A stretch of 63,461 nucleotides of DNA from a virus (taxonomy: Duplodnaviria; Caudoviricetes): positions 1 to 63,461 of the IMG/VR virus record IMGVR_UViG_3300034092_001286. One strand, written 5' to 3'. The notes under the pieces were generated by a model. The model was given only the letters and a program-made list of their open reading frames with translations, did not search any database and was not told the origin of the DNA. Made by a program: the position numbers and the translations under genes. This document shows positions 42,836 to 52,320 of this stretch, piece after piece (within the stretch, counting starts at the first letter, position 1; each line of letters opens with the position of its first letter).

Positions 42836-45466
42836 TTAACTCCTTGCTTCCACGGTGAGGTTGCGTGCATAGCTAATTGCTGTCACTGAAGTTGATGCAG
42901 GGGAGCCATACAGACCCTCAACTTTATGCAAGCCTGTTTTAAATGTTTGCGTCACTGATGGTGATATGACCATTACGCCATTAGCCGTTGGCGCAGTTGC
43001 GTACAGCATGGCAGGGGTTGTCGCATTTGATGGTGTAATAATTACACCATCAACACGCAATCCACAACTGCTGTTATTTCCAGAGGTTGCATTATTTAGA
43101 CTTGAGTACATCTGAGCATCCAAGTCACTTCCAATTAGATATAACTCCATATCTGGAAGCAGCACAGCACTCGGGCTAGAGGTAGAAGGATTCGTAGTCA
43201 CCCCTCTCCGAACCTCTCGCTGCACCACCTGTTCAAACTGATAATTCCTCGGCACACCGCACAGTTGCTTCACGCTAACCGGAGTACCGGAATTCCACAG
43301 ACTCGGGAACAGTGCAGACTTATCACCTGACCAATGTGCGAACTCGGAGCAGGTGTTGCTGCCTGCGGTGGGGAGAAGCATTCCGCCTTGGTAGTATTTG
43401 ACGTATGACCAGATGGCGTCGGCATTACCGCTTGCCGCTGAAGAACCATCACCAAAGTACACCGCAGCAGAACCGCCACTACCGGCAGCTTTCCCTGTTC
43501 CATCCACAATCAATTTGCCGTTGCAGAACAGGTAGTAATCCGATCCCTTGGCTTGAAGCACAAACACATTTTCTTGCGACTTGAAGTCACCTTGGTATGT
43601 GAATTGAACCGCACCACCGGCATCGGTTGTCAGGAAATACTCTGCAATGTTGATGCGGAAGCTGTTCGTGTTATCCGTAACCTGAAACACTACAGATTGA
43701 TCGCCAGTGTTAGGCGAATAAGGAACACGAACCTTGAATGCGACAGCCCATCCGGTTGCGCTTACAAGCGACATTCCGGTTTTTGCGTAATACCTAGAGT
43801 CAGTAGAAGCAAACCCTGCAAAGCTCTGGTACAACTTGTTGTTCTGGATGCTGAAGTAGGTAGATTCCGTACCGCCTCCAGTGAATGTCCACCCCTGCGC
43901 TGACGGCAGACTCGTCATCTGCATGTCCTGCGTCCAAGTCGGAGCAAGGCCGAAGCCATCACCGAGTCGGCAATTACCCAACTTAGCAAAGTTCACGTCC
44001 ATCGTGAATGTCTGCGCCGTCAGCGGAGTTCCTACAGACACACCATCGACATAGAGTGTGGCGTAGTCGGCACCATCGCCCACAGTACGAACACGAATGC
44101 CAACATCGTGATTGCCACTTGCGACACTGCCCGTACCCGTGACAGTAGCGACGGTGCGATCTGCTTCATAGATCGTTAGAACAGGGTAGCCACTGGCATT
44201 GATGGTGAGCGTGATCCGGTCATGGTCAAGACCGTAGGTAAAGTCCCATACGTTCGTGGATACTGCAAAGGTTCCGCGATAGAGAACGCTGCACGTCTTT
44301 CCATCGTAGAAGTTGACAAGAGGCTGCGCCACGCTGCGCGACTGATTGACCGGAGTACCGGGATTGAAGCAGAGCTTGTAATCGAACATACCACCGGATT
44401 GAATCAGGGAGTTTGCGGAGAGGTTTTGGATGAGGAAGCAGAGCGCAATCGTTGTGGTAGGCGTCCATACGGGGGCAGACGTACCCGCATTGTAATAGCC
44501 GTGCGGATACTTTTTTGCTGATGTGTATTTCCAGACGAAGTAGTTAGATGCGTCTGTAGTTCCCATCGTCCCTAGCAAATGGTATTGCGTATTGGCGTTT
44601 ATGGTTCCAGTAAATTGAATCGGATACCATTCGCCATCCGTCTTGCTTGTAACTAACCTCCCCCCGATTGTTCCACTGATTAAATCTGCACCAGTTGGTG
44701 AGCCGCCTGAGTTAGCTCTAAACGACAATGTTAGTGCCGCAGGGGGATTACCTACCTTGTATAACTTTACCCAGACAACTGGATTTGTCAGGTTTTCAGA
44801 AACAATGAACCCTTGAGTGAGATAGTAGACGCTTGCGGCAGAGCTAATCTGAGCAGCAGCGTTGTCCTCAATATTCCCAGTCGCCACGCTTCCAAAGCTA
44901 CCATCCGGCAACGTACCCCACTGCGCTCCACCCCACTGCTGATTGAACCAGCTAGGGAGCCAGCCTGAACGGTACATGTCTTGGAAGGCTGAACCTGCGG
45001 CGGGATAGTAGTAGCCGGTGAGGGATTGTTCTGTATTTATTGGGTTGCTCAGAGATGCGTACAGCGTGTCGAAGTACACCTTAAGTGTTGCCTTCAGATT
45101 CGCCCATGTGACTTTTCGTAACAGACCTGACACACTATCCCATATACCAACTTCGTCAGCGTCGACCGGCGTTGCTTTATTTGTTGCCGCGTGTATGGTT
45201 GCTGCGATATCAACAAGATAATCAGTACCAGCTATCGCAATAGTAGGGATACCGGTCGTGCTTATCTTCAATAGCCCGTCACCGCCAGTCGCAACCATTG
45301 CTGAGCCACTTGCGTTGATGTATACGATCTTGTACCCATTACCAGTAAGTGCCGGCATCTTGTCGAAGCCGGCTGCAATGGCCGCAAACTCGGCCCTCAT
45401 ATTTGGCGTAACAACTTGACTGCCTTGCGCCGGAGTCCCGCTCGCATTAAAGAAATCGTTTGACAT
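42836..45466 (-). CDS. tail fibre / receptor-binding protein with lectin (LamG-like) domains
   Basis: N-terminal anchor (EF.AI.AGFDK.P); beta-rich Thr/Ser/Gly body with LYVDG and LFCNG motifs. Confidence 0.75.
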   Translation of the reverse strand: MSNDFFNASGTPAQGSQVVTPNMRAEFAAIAAGFDKMPALTGNGYKIVYINASGSAMVATGGDGLLKISTTGIPTIAIAGTDYLVDIAATIHAATNKATPVDADEVGIWDSVSGLLRKVTWANLKATLKVYFDTLYASLSNPINTEQSLTGYYYPAAGSAFQDMYRSGWLPSWFNQQWGGAQWGTLPDGSFGSVATGNIEDNAAAQISSAASVYYLTQGFIVSENLTNPVVWVKLYKVGNPPAALTLSFRANSGGSPTGADLISGTIGGRLVTSKTDGEWYPIQFTGTINANTQYHLLGTMGTTDASNYFVWKYTSAKKYPHGYYNAGTSAPVWTPTTTIALCFLIQNLSANSLIQSGGMFDYKLCFNPGTPVNQSRSVAQPLVNFYDGKTCSVLYRGTFAVSTNVWDFTYGLDHDRITLTINASGYPVLTIYEADRTVATVTGTGSVASGNHDVGIRVRTVGDGADYATLYVDGVSVGTPLTAQTFTMDVNFAKLGNCRLGDGFGLAPTWTQDMQMTSLPSAQGWTFTGGGTESTYFSIQNNKLYQSFAGFASTDSRYYAKTGMSLVSATGWAVAFKVRVPYSPNTGDQSVVFQVTDNTNSFRINIAEYFLTTDAGGAVQFTYQGDFKSQENVFVLQAKGSDYYLFCNGKLIVDGTGKAAGSGGSAAVYFGDGSSAASGNADAIWSYVKYYQGGMLLPTAGSNTCSEFAHWSGDKSALFPSLWNSGTPVSVKQLCGVPRNYQFEQVVQREVRRGVTTNPSTSSPSAVLLPDMELYLIGSDLDAQMYSSLNNATSGNNSSCGLRVDGVIITPSNATTPAMLYATAPTANGVMVISPSVTQTFKTGLHKVEGLYGSPASTSVTAISYARNLTVEARS

Positions 45467-47520
45467 TATCGTAGGCCTCGTCTCGGGGTGTAGTGAATGA
45501 TCAGACTGTTGATCGTGAATTGCCCGGTGTAATCGGTATTGTTTGCAAACGTCATTGCGATGTTTTCGGCAGACCCCATCAATTCAATCTCGCTTGGCAT
45601 TAACGTCTGTCCGTCCCACACCAAACCGCTATCCCAAAACAAACCGCTGTCCCAATTACTGACTGTGAAGTTCGAGGCGTAGCTGACCTGCGCCTGCGGA
45701 GCGATGTCGGTCTTTCCGTACCCGAGCGAATAGCTGACGGTGAGCGGCGCATACGTCGAGCCGGTGATTTCCGCCGACGCCTTGCGGAACCGCTTGATGA
45801 GGCGCGGCCCACGGATCGCGTCATAATTGAGCGTGATGTACGAATTGATCGCCACTCCATCGAAGCTGGTACCTACATCAAGCTGATGCACATAGCCGTC
45901 GTTCGATCCGAAGTACGTGACCTCATTGCCGCTGCTGTCTTCACCTTCCCACACGCAGAACACGGGATCGGGGAAATAAATAGGAAGCGAACCGATAAAC
46001 TTGTCGTTTATGATTGTGGCATACAGCCCGTAACCGTTGGAGAAGAACAGTCTGTACTGGCTGCGCTCACGATTGGCGCAGCACGCCTGCCCGAACTGAC
46101 GGTTACTGACAATGAACGGGCGAATATTTGCAGAAAGCGACGCCTGATCGAAGTTGCCGTATGCCAACGTTGCGTTGAGCCCCATAATGCCGCGATCGTC
46201 CAGCGAATAGATACCGGCCATGTTCGCAGCGGTGTAATCGATAGCGCCGACGCCATTGTTGTACGTGACAAGGTTGAAGTCGGCGGTCGATGAGCCGTAC
46301 AGGATAAGCGTATTGTTGCGGGTCTGTACCAGCAGTGCGCCGCCGCTCTGCGAGCCGGGTAGAAGGATTAGATTTGTGATGCGCTCGCCGGCTGATATTT
46401 CTGCCGCGCCAAGGATTGCAGTCCATCCGAACGGATCGCCGATGCCGCTGACTTGCAAGCTGGCAACGAATGACAGGATCAGATGGTTCTTGAACACCGC
46501 GATATGCTTTGGCGTATCGGTCGGCATTCCTGTAGCGATCGGTGCCAGTACATCGCCATCAAACTCGAAGGCTTTGTTGACGTTATCGCATCCGTAGATG
46601 CGAGTCGCACCGGTCGTTCCGCCGAAGTTGCCGGACACAAACTCGAAGTGCCCGCCCGGCGCAAGGGTGATAGATGTCTGCACGCCCGACAGAGTGACCG
46701 TGGCACCACCAGACAGCGTTGCAGCGCCTGCCGCAAAGTTTCCACTACCACCGCTCGGCGTCGTGATAACAAACGCGCCAGCGGCAGTTCCTGACCACGC
46801 GCCAGACTGTTTGCACACACGCTTGACTGTTGCGGTCACCGCGCCCTGCGTGAGCGTCTCGCCATCGACAGGTGCAGCTGTACCACCGACTGTAAAGCTG
46901 ACCGTCTTGTAGAGCGGTACAGCGGCCCATCCTGCCGCGCTCGACTTCCACACATCTACAGCTGTACCGCCAGTGTTGTTGCGGAAGGCATAGACGTTGC
47001 TGCCGTACTGCACGACGCCACGCACCGGACCGGAGCCTGTAGGTCGGGAGATAGCTGCGCGATAGCTATTGGCAGCCAGTGCGCTATAGGCGGCCGACAG
47101 TGATGCCGTTCCGCTCTGGCCGATCGTGCTGTTACACACAGCAACTACAGATACACCAACACGCAGGTTCTCACCGTCCGTGAAACCGCCAGTCGTTGCA
47201 GTCAGTACGAGTTGTCCTGTCGGCGTTGCGAGGAGCACGCCGGTCGTTCCAGAGGTCTGCCCGTTGATCGTGTCACCGAGGCTGACACTACCACCCATCG
47301 TTACACCAAGGATGGTATAGATTGCAGCTGACGGCGATGCATGCCCATCAAAACGCTCGTAACCAGCAATACGTGTGTAACCACCTGTGACATTGCACTC
47401 GTAGTTGATTGCATCACGAGCGACACCGGGTTTCAGAGACAGCGTAGGCGTGACAAGATCAAGACCGCCCTTTAGAGCTATCATCTCGTACATCACGCGA
47501 GGCATGTCCATCGGCTTCAT
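45466..47520 (-). CDS. tail nozzle / DNA stabilization protein (P22 gp10 / tubular B-like)
   Basis: 684 aa, beta-rich; GGL......PG.A....N N-terminus; follows the adaptor. Confidence 0.65.
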   Translation of the reverse strand: MKPMDMPRVMYEMIALKGGLDLVTPTLSLKPGVARDAINYECNVTGGYTRIAGYERFDGHASPSAAIYTILGVTMGGSVSLGDTINGQTSGTTGVLLATPTGQLVLTATTGGFTDGENLRVGVSVVAVCNSTIGQSGTASLSAAYSALAANSYRAAISRPTGSGPVRGVVQYGSNVYAFRNNTGGTAVDVWKSSAAGWAAVPLYKTVSFTVGGTAAPVDGETLTQGAVTATVKRVCKQSGAWSGTAAGAFVITTPSGGSGNFAAGAATLSGGATVTLSGVQTSITLAPGGHFEFVSGNFGGTTGATRIYGCDNVNKAFEFDGDVLAPIATGMPTDTPKHIAVFKNHLILSFVASLQVSGIGDPFGWTAILGAAEISAGERITNLILLPGSQSGGALLVQTRNNTLILYGSSTADFNLVTYNNGVGAIDYTAANMAGIYSLDDRGIMGLNATLAYGNFDQASLSANIRPFIVSNRQFGQACCANRERSQYRLFFSNGYGLYATIINDKFIGSLPIYFPDPVFCVWEGEDSSGNEVTYFGSNDGYVHQLDVGTSFDGVAINSYITLNYDAIRGPRLIKRFRKASAEITGSTYAPLTVSYSLGYGKTDIAPQAQVSYASNFTVSNWDSGLFWDSGLVWDGQTLMPSEIELMGSAENIAMTFANNTDYTGQFTINSLIIHYTPRRGLR

Positions 47521-48188
47521 GCCAACGGTCCTCCCATCTGGATCATCGGCAACTGATTGACTTCGAGCTTGTCGAGGGCAATACCGTATTCGTTCATACC
47601 ACGGTTATACGCCTCGCCAGCCGCCTCGTAACCGCCGTAGAACATAAGTGCCCGCCACACGATACCCATGTGGAACGTCGCGGGCATGTCAGGCTCTGCG
47701 CTATCACCGGATAACTCGGCAGGTTTTTTGTAGTAGTCGTTCGTCACGGTATGGTCGCCGTTCGGTACAGGTCCGAAAGACAAGGTGTTGTCTGGATTTA
47801 TCGTGAAGACCAGCGGGCGGGACTGTGCGTACCGGAGCGCACCGTACAGGTAGGAATTGCGAAAGTCGTCGTACTCGACGAAGTTCATAAATATCTCTGT
47901 GATAAGACCCTGCGATGTCACGTAGTTACGACACGTATCGAGTGTCCATGTTGCAACGTCAGTTGCCACTGCCGTGTAAGTACCGGATTGGCCGGCGACA
48001 GTGACGATGGTTGCCGACTTGCGCATCCACCGCCACGTCGTATGGGCCGACTGGATGTCGAGCCACGCCTGCTGAATCCAGTTGACAACCCGCCCCAACT
48101 CGCCCGTTTGATTGACGGTCGTTGTCATAGGCTGTGCCGTGATACCAGCTTCAGCAATAAGCCTATTGCATAATTGGAGCAGAGTCAT
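47517..48188 (-). CDS. head-tail adaptor (tubular A-like)
   Basis: MTLLQLCN..W.WM..P.P.....Y..P..FH..IV..AL. Confidence 0.7.
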   Translation of the reverse strand: MTLLQLCNRLIAEAGITAQPMTTTVNQTGELGRVVNWIQQAWLDIQSAHTTWRWMRKSATIVTVAGQSGTYTAVATDVATWTLDTCRNYVTSQGLITEIFMNFVEYDDFRNSYLYGALRYAQSRPLVFTINPDNTLSFGPVPNGDHTVTNDYYKKPAELSGDSAEPDMPATFHMGIVWRALMFYGGYEAAGEAYNRGMNEYGIALDKLEVNQLPMIQMGGPLA

Positions 48189-48192
48189 GGTC

Positions 48193-48663
48193 TTAGCCCT
48201 CGGCCATCAATCGATTGAGCCACTCGATGCCACGCGGCGTGTCTTCCAGAACGGAGAACGGAAACTGCGAAGAGGTCGTGCGGATCACTTCGTTCTGCGG
48301 GTTGAGCGACTCTTCGGCCGACTCGTGCTTGGTCTGTACGCTCATCGGTTTCGAGCGGGCCAGCACCTCGACGTACTTGCGGCGCATGATCCACGGCCGA
48401 CCGACGGGCACCCACTCGGCCTTGCCATTGACATAGAGGTCGATCATCTTGCGCGGATTCTTTTCGTTCAGCGGCTCGACGCGAATCTTGACCAGTTCTT
48501 CCATGAACATCATTTCGGCAAAGTCGTTCTTGGTCAGCGACGATACGACAGGCTCGATCGCAATCGATTCACGATCGATCTGCACGTCAAGCGGCGGAAG
48601 AATGAAATTACCAGCGGTTTGCTGGCCGACTTCCATGTCGGCGGTATGAGCAAGTTCTTGCAT
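48193..48663 (-). CDS. hypothetical protein
   Basis: AAGGAG RBS; VNG....P.G......YVEVLA. Confidence 0.7.
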   Translation of the reverse strand: MQELAHTADMEVGQQTAGNFILPPLDVQIDRESIAIEPVVSSLTKNDFAEMMFMEELVKIRVEPLNEKNPRKMIDLYVNGKAEWVPVGRPWIMRRKYVEVLARSKPMSVQTKHESAEESLNPQNEVIRTTSSQFPFSVLEDTPRGIEWLNRLMAEG

Positions 48664-48721
48664 GTGATACTCCTTGTGTGGTTGGTACAGGACAACCCCC
48701 TGTTGCCAAGGGGCTGTGGTG

Positions 48722-49207
48722 TTAGGCCACTTGCGGACGGTCAGGCAGAGTCATGCAATCCACCAGAACCTTCGTGATGCCGGTCTGCGAGGCTTGATTG
48801 CTGACACCCATCGTCCATGCCGAGCCGGTCGAGATGACCTTCGTCAGCTGATAGCCGATCGGACAGAGCGTGTCGGGAATGCCGGGGAATTGCGGAGCGT
48901 TGGCAAAGACACCAGCGTCCGAGTAATCCACGATCTGACCCTGCACGACCTTGAGTGCTGCGCTGGTATCGAGGCACCAGACGAACACACCGGCCTTGTT
49001 GACAGCGATCGGCAGGAACGCGGCACCAGTCACTGCGTCAGTCGTCGGCGTCGCGCCGTTGCTGGCACCCGTGAAGGTGTACATCTTGCCCTTGATGCTG
49101 TAGTACATGACGAGCGCATTGGTAGTCGTGGTAGTCGTAGTGGTACCGACAGCCAGACCTGCCTTGGTGAGCATCGCAGTCAGCGGAGTTTGCTGAAGAT
49201 TATCCAT
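48722..49207 (-). CDS. putative capsid decoration protein
   Basis: Downstream of the major capsid gene; similar to 49235-49738. Confidence 0.55.
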   Translation of the reverse strand: MDNLQQTPLTAMLTKAGLAVGTTTTTTTTNALVMYYSIKGKMYTFTGASNGATPTTDAVTGAAFLPIAVNKAGVFVWCLDTSAALKVVQGQIVDYSDAGVFANAPQFPGIPDTLCPIGYQLTKVISTGSAWTMGVSNQASQTGITKVLVDCMTLPDRPQVA

Positions 49208-49234
49208 GGTGCTTGTTCCTTTCGTTGTGTAGAG

Positions 49235-49738
49235 TTAGCCGAGCGAAATGCTCGGATCGAATGCGCCTACCGGACTGACATAAATCGTCGTTGCGGTATC
49301 AAGCGCCGTCGAGTTGCCTGTGAATGCTGAAGCATAGGTAATCATCAGATAACCGATGATGGCCTTACCCTCGGGTGTTTGCGGAAACTTGACCGCAGCC
49401 GCCGTAGCGCCCTCCGTGCCGAAGCCAACGGTCTTGGTGCCCGCCGAATCGACATAGAAAACAGCAACGTTGAACTTGCCTGCGCCGATCGAAAGACCGG
49501 TAAGTGCGGGCATGTCCGTCGAGGCAGCGATCGTGACATGCTTGCCATTGGCGACGGCTTGAAAATCGGTAGCACCGACTTTGGCAAGCACACCGCCACC
49601 GGCCTTGATGACAAGGCCGGCAGTAGCAAGCGCCTGACTCGACATTCGATCAGCCAGCGCGTTGAGCAAGGGGCGAAGAGCCTCCCGGTCACCGCTGGCC
49701 GCAACGGCGGCGAGTTGTTGTGCAACTGTGTTTTGCAT
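49235..49738 (-). CDS. putative capsid decoration protein
   Basis: Immediately after the major capsid gene; AAGGAG RBS. Confidence 0.55.
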   Translation of the reverse strand: MQNTVAQQLAAVAASGDREALRPLLNALADRMSSQALATAGLVIKAGGGVLAKVGATDFQAVANGKHVTIAASTDMPALTGLSIGAGKFNVAVFYVDSAGTKTVGFGTEGATAAAVKFPQTPEGKAIIGYLMITYASAFTGNSTALDTATTIYVSPVGAFDPSISLG

Positions 49739-49784
49739 AATGATCTCCTTGAACGGAGCCGCTGAACTAGCCGGCCCCTATGGC

Positions 49785-50846
49785 TTACAGGTTGGTCACG
49801 CCAACGTTGGCGACAGCCAGCCAGCCGTAGTTCTCGACCATCGCTGCCTTCCACCAGATCGTGCCGGCGTAGCCACGCTGACCGAAGGGATCGCTCTTCG
49901 ACTTCTGGCCGGGCGGCAGGAAGGTCGGATCGAGAGACTCCTTGCCGCGCACCGCGACTTGCGACCATGCATCTTCGGCAGCCACGATCAGCGGATACAC
50001 GTCGATGCTGGTGCCGGTCGTCGAGTACAGGCCGAGCGTGCCGATTGCCGCACCAGCGTCCTGATAGGACGGCAGGTCAGGCGAGGTGACAAAGCGGAAG
50101 CGTTCGCACTTGCCGACTTCGTTTGCCATCGGCGTGCCGCTGGAATATTTCTCGATAGGGGTGAAGCCGGGCAGATCGCGAATGTCCGGTTCCAGATCGG
50201 TATGGCAATACACGATGAAGCCGGAGGCCACAGCGTCGGTGCCGTACTGGTTGGAAGCCGACAGCACGCGCGTCACGCTCTTGCCGTGGTTCGCCTGCAG
50301 GGACTTGACGATCTTGCGGATCAGCGGCAGCGTGAGCTTGCCGTTGACGGTCGCGCGGCTGGTGCCGGTGCCGCCGTACCACTGATTGGTACTGGCCTTG
50401 ACGATGCCATAAACGATCATCTCGTTCACCAGTGCAACGCGCTCGCCGATCTGCTCCTGCATGGCCTGCGGAATGTCATCCTCGTACAGGTCGTAGGTCT
50501 TGTCGCTGAAGCCATACAGGCAGGAATACTGCTGCATGACGACAGAGATGTCCATCGGAGTGATGGACTCGGGCAGCACGGTCACGCCTTCCTGCGTCAG
50601 GTGCGCATTGACCAGCGTGTTTGCACGGTCGCCGGTTGCATTCTGGAAGAACTGGTTCGGGTTGGTCGTAGTCGCACCGTAGGGCACCCAACGACGGGCA
50701 ACATACGTGTCCGAGTTGTTCTTCGGGAACTTGACCTGACGGCCACCTTTGGCGAGAACTTCCACCGGTACAGCGTGCTTCAGAATCTGACCCTTGAACT
50801 TATTGATTCGGCCGGGGGTCAAGCCGAAAGTTTGCATCTGGCCCAT
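49785..50846 (-). CDS. major capsid protein (N4-gp56-like)
   Basis: P.N..T...RR, L.EGVT, QY, H.DLE.DIR, E.G...RFRF, K.DP.GQRG...W. Confidence 0.88.
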   Translation of the reverse strand: MGQMQTFGLTPGRINKFKGQILKHAVPVEVLAKGGRQVKFPKNNSDTYVARRWVPYGATTTNPNQFFQNATGDRANTLVNAHLTQEGVTVLPESITPMDISVVMQQYSCLYGFSDKTYDLYEDDIPQAMQEQIGERVALVNEMIVYGIVKASTNQWYGGTGTSRATVNGKLTLPLIRKIVKSLQANHGKSVTRVLSASNQYGTDAVASGFIVYCHTDLEPDIRDLPGFTPIEKYSSGTPMANEVGKCERFRFVTSPDLPSYQDAGAAIGTLGLYSTTGTSIDVYPLIVAAEDAWSQVAVRGKESLDPTFLPPGQKSKSDPFGQRGYAGTIWWKAAMVENYGWLAVANVGVTNL

Positions 50847-50877
50847 GAGAGGCTCCTATAAAAGAATGACGATATGA

Positions 50878-51678
50878 CTACGACTTAAATCCTGCATCGA
50901 ATTCGTCGTTGTCGGTTGAGCCAGCATTGGGCGCTTGCCCTCCGCTACCCGTTACTTCAACTGCGGCGTCGAGAACTTCCCTTCGCCCTTGCGCCTTCGT
51001 CTGCGCTGCCCTGAACTTGGTCAGCGCGTCCGTAAGGACCGTGGCGCTATACGTTGATCGGACGCGTGTCTGGTATTCCTTCGGCTGTTTGACAAGCCAT
51101 TGCCTGAATGGTGTATCGGGAATTACCCCTTTGTCATCAGGCAGACCGATGGTTTCCTTCCACTTCTCGTCGAATTCGTTCAACGTCTCTTCAGTGATCG
51201 CACGACGGACTCGGCGCTCGATGGCCTCCTCGTCAATGACAGGCGCTGAAGGTTGGGCGGCATCTTGCGGTGCCGGGGTGATGGTGCTGGTGTTGATCGT
51301 ATCGACCAGTTTCTGCAAGGTCTTGAACTGCAGCTTCGCCATCTCGGGGAACTCAGCAGCCAGATCGGCGACGACCTCCTCGGACAACTCGATCTTTCCA
51401 CCAGCAGGAGCAGAGGACTTGAGCTGGTCAATCACACGCTCGATGCCGCCGATCTTGCCGAAGGCTGTACCGAACTGCTTCTCCAACGAGGCCTCGATCC
51501 CTTCGATCCGTGCCACGCCATCGAGCAACTTACGATACTCATCCTCGGGTACCTGCATCATCTTCGGTTCGTCAGCCGGTGTGGCACCTGTAACTACCTC
51601 ATCACCAAACCCGCCATTGAACTCAGCAGCTTCCTGCTCTGCTGTCGGTGCATCAACCACTACGTCATCATCTTCCAT
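50878..51678 (-). CDS. capsid scaffolding protein
   Basis: Acidic and helical, F..WL..QP motif, directly upstream of the major capsid gene. Confidence 0.7.
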   Translation of the reverse strand: MEDDDVVVDAPTAEQEAAEFNGGFGDEVVTGATPADEPKMMQVPEDEYRKLLDGVARIEGIEASLEKQFGTAFGKIGGIERVIDQLKSSAPAGGKIELSEEVVADLAAEFPEMAKLQFKTLQKLVDTINTSTITPAPQDAAQPSAPVIDEEAIERRVRRAITEETLNEFDEKWKETIGLPDDKGVIPDTPFRQWLVKQPKEYQTRVRSTYSATVLTDALTKFRAAQTKAQGRREVLDAAVEVTGSGGQAPNAGSTDNDEFDAGFKS

Positions 51679-51696
51679 GTCATGCTCCTAGTTATC

Positions 51697-51753
51697 AACG
51701 ACCGGCGTTTCCGTGGGTCGTCATCCTTGCCGTGGACCTCTCGGTCGGCGGCA
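51697..51753 (-). promoter_or_regulatory. tandem GNRA-capped hairpins in the scaffold gene leader
   Basis: UGCCG-CC-GACC-GAGA-GGUC-CA-CGGCA then GACGACC-CA-CG-GAAA-CG-CC-GGUCGUU, just before the AGGAG RBS. Confidence 0.6.
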
Positions 51754-51754
51754 C

Positions 51755-51967
51755 CTACATTCCCTGAACCGTAATTGCTTCCGGCTCGGGTGAATCCATA
51801 TCCAATATCGCGCGGCACTCAGCGATGCGACCGCGCAGCACAGCAGTCTCCTTCTCGCTCAGTGCGGTATTGTCGTTGTCCATGCGAAGCTGCGCGAGAC
51901 GTGTCGTGTAGTGAGCACGCAGCGCCTGCCACAAGGGGTTGGTCGATTGGGCTTCGGTTATCTTCAT
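51755..51967 (-). CDS. conserved small head-module protein
   Basis: W..L......RL..LR..ND......T..LRGRI. Confidence 0.7.
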   Translation of the reverse strand: MKITEAQSTNPLWQALRAHYTTRLAQLRMDNDNTALSEKETAVLRGRIAECRAILDMDSPEPEAITVQGM

Positions 51968-52320
51968 ACCAGCCTCTTCAGCTTGTAGAGCGTCTTCTGA
52001 TACAGCGCCACAACATCATCCAGTAGCGCGAGCAGCGACGGGTCTTCCTGACAGGTATCGTCACGAGTGGCCTGCAGCCAGTCGATGTCGTCCTGCATTT
52101 GCACATCAATGTCATACTTGCCGCTCGGCAGCGTCACGTCGAAGTCACCGACCAGATCGAACATGCCTTGGTACGCTTCGACCAGCGCATCAACCGCACC
52201 GGGCAGTGCCTCGTAGAACGCACCGAGCGCCATGTGCCGAGCGTAGCTGTCCGTGCGGAAGTGCTCGCGGTGAGCAGCGTCACGCATGGCGAAGGTGCGG
52301 GAAACCAGTTCATCGATCAT
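51964..52320 (-). CDS. ferritin/Dps-like four-helix protein (DUF5856-like)
   Basis: AH..H..T.SYA.H.AL..FY......D.LVEAYQG...YKL..L; GGAG RBS before ATG 52320. Confidence 0.75.
   Translation of the reverse strand: MIDELVSRTFAMRDAAHREHFRTDSYARHMALGAFYEALPGAVDALVEAYQGMFDLVGDFDVTLPSGKYDIDVQMQDDIDWLQATRDDTCQEDPSLLALLDDVVALYQKTLYKLKRLV

Noticed and set aside
42836-45466. Diversity-generating retroelement target
   Set aside because: No reverse transcriptase gene and no template/variable repeat pair seen
48692-48717. Intrinsic terminator after the capsid/decoration genes
   Set aside because: A GCAA-capped hairpin is present on the minus strand but has no U-tract, so it was not called a terminator
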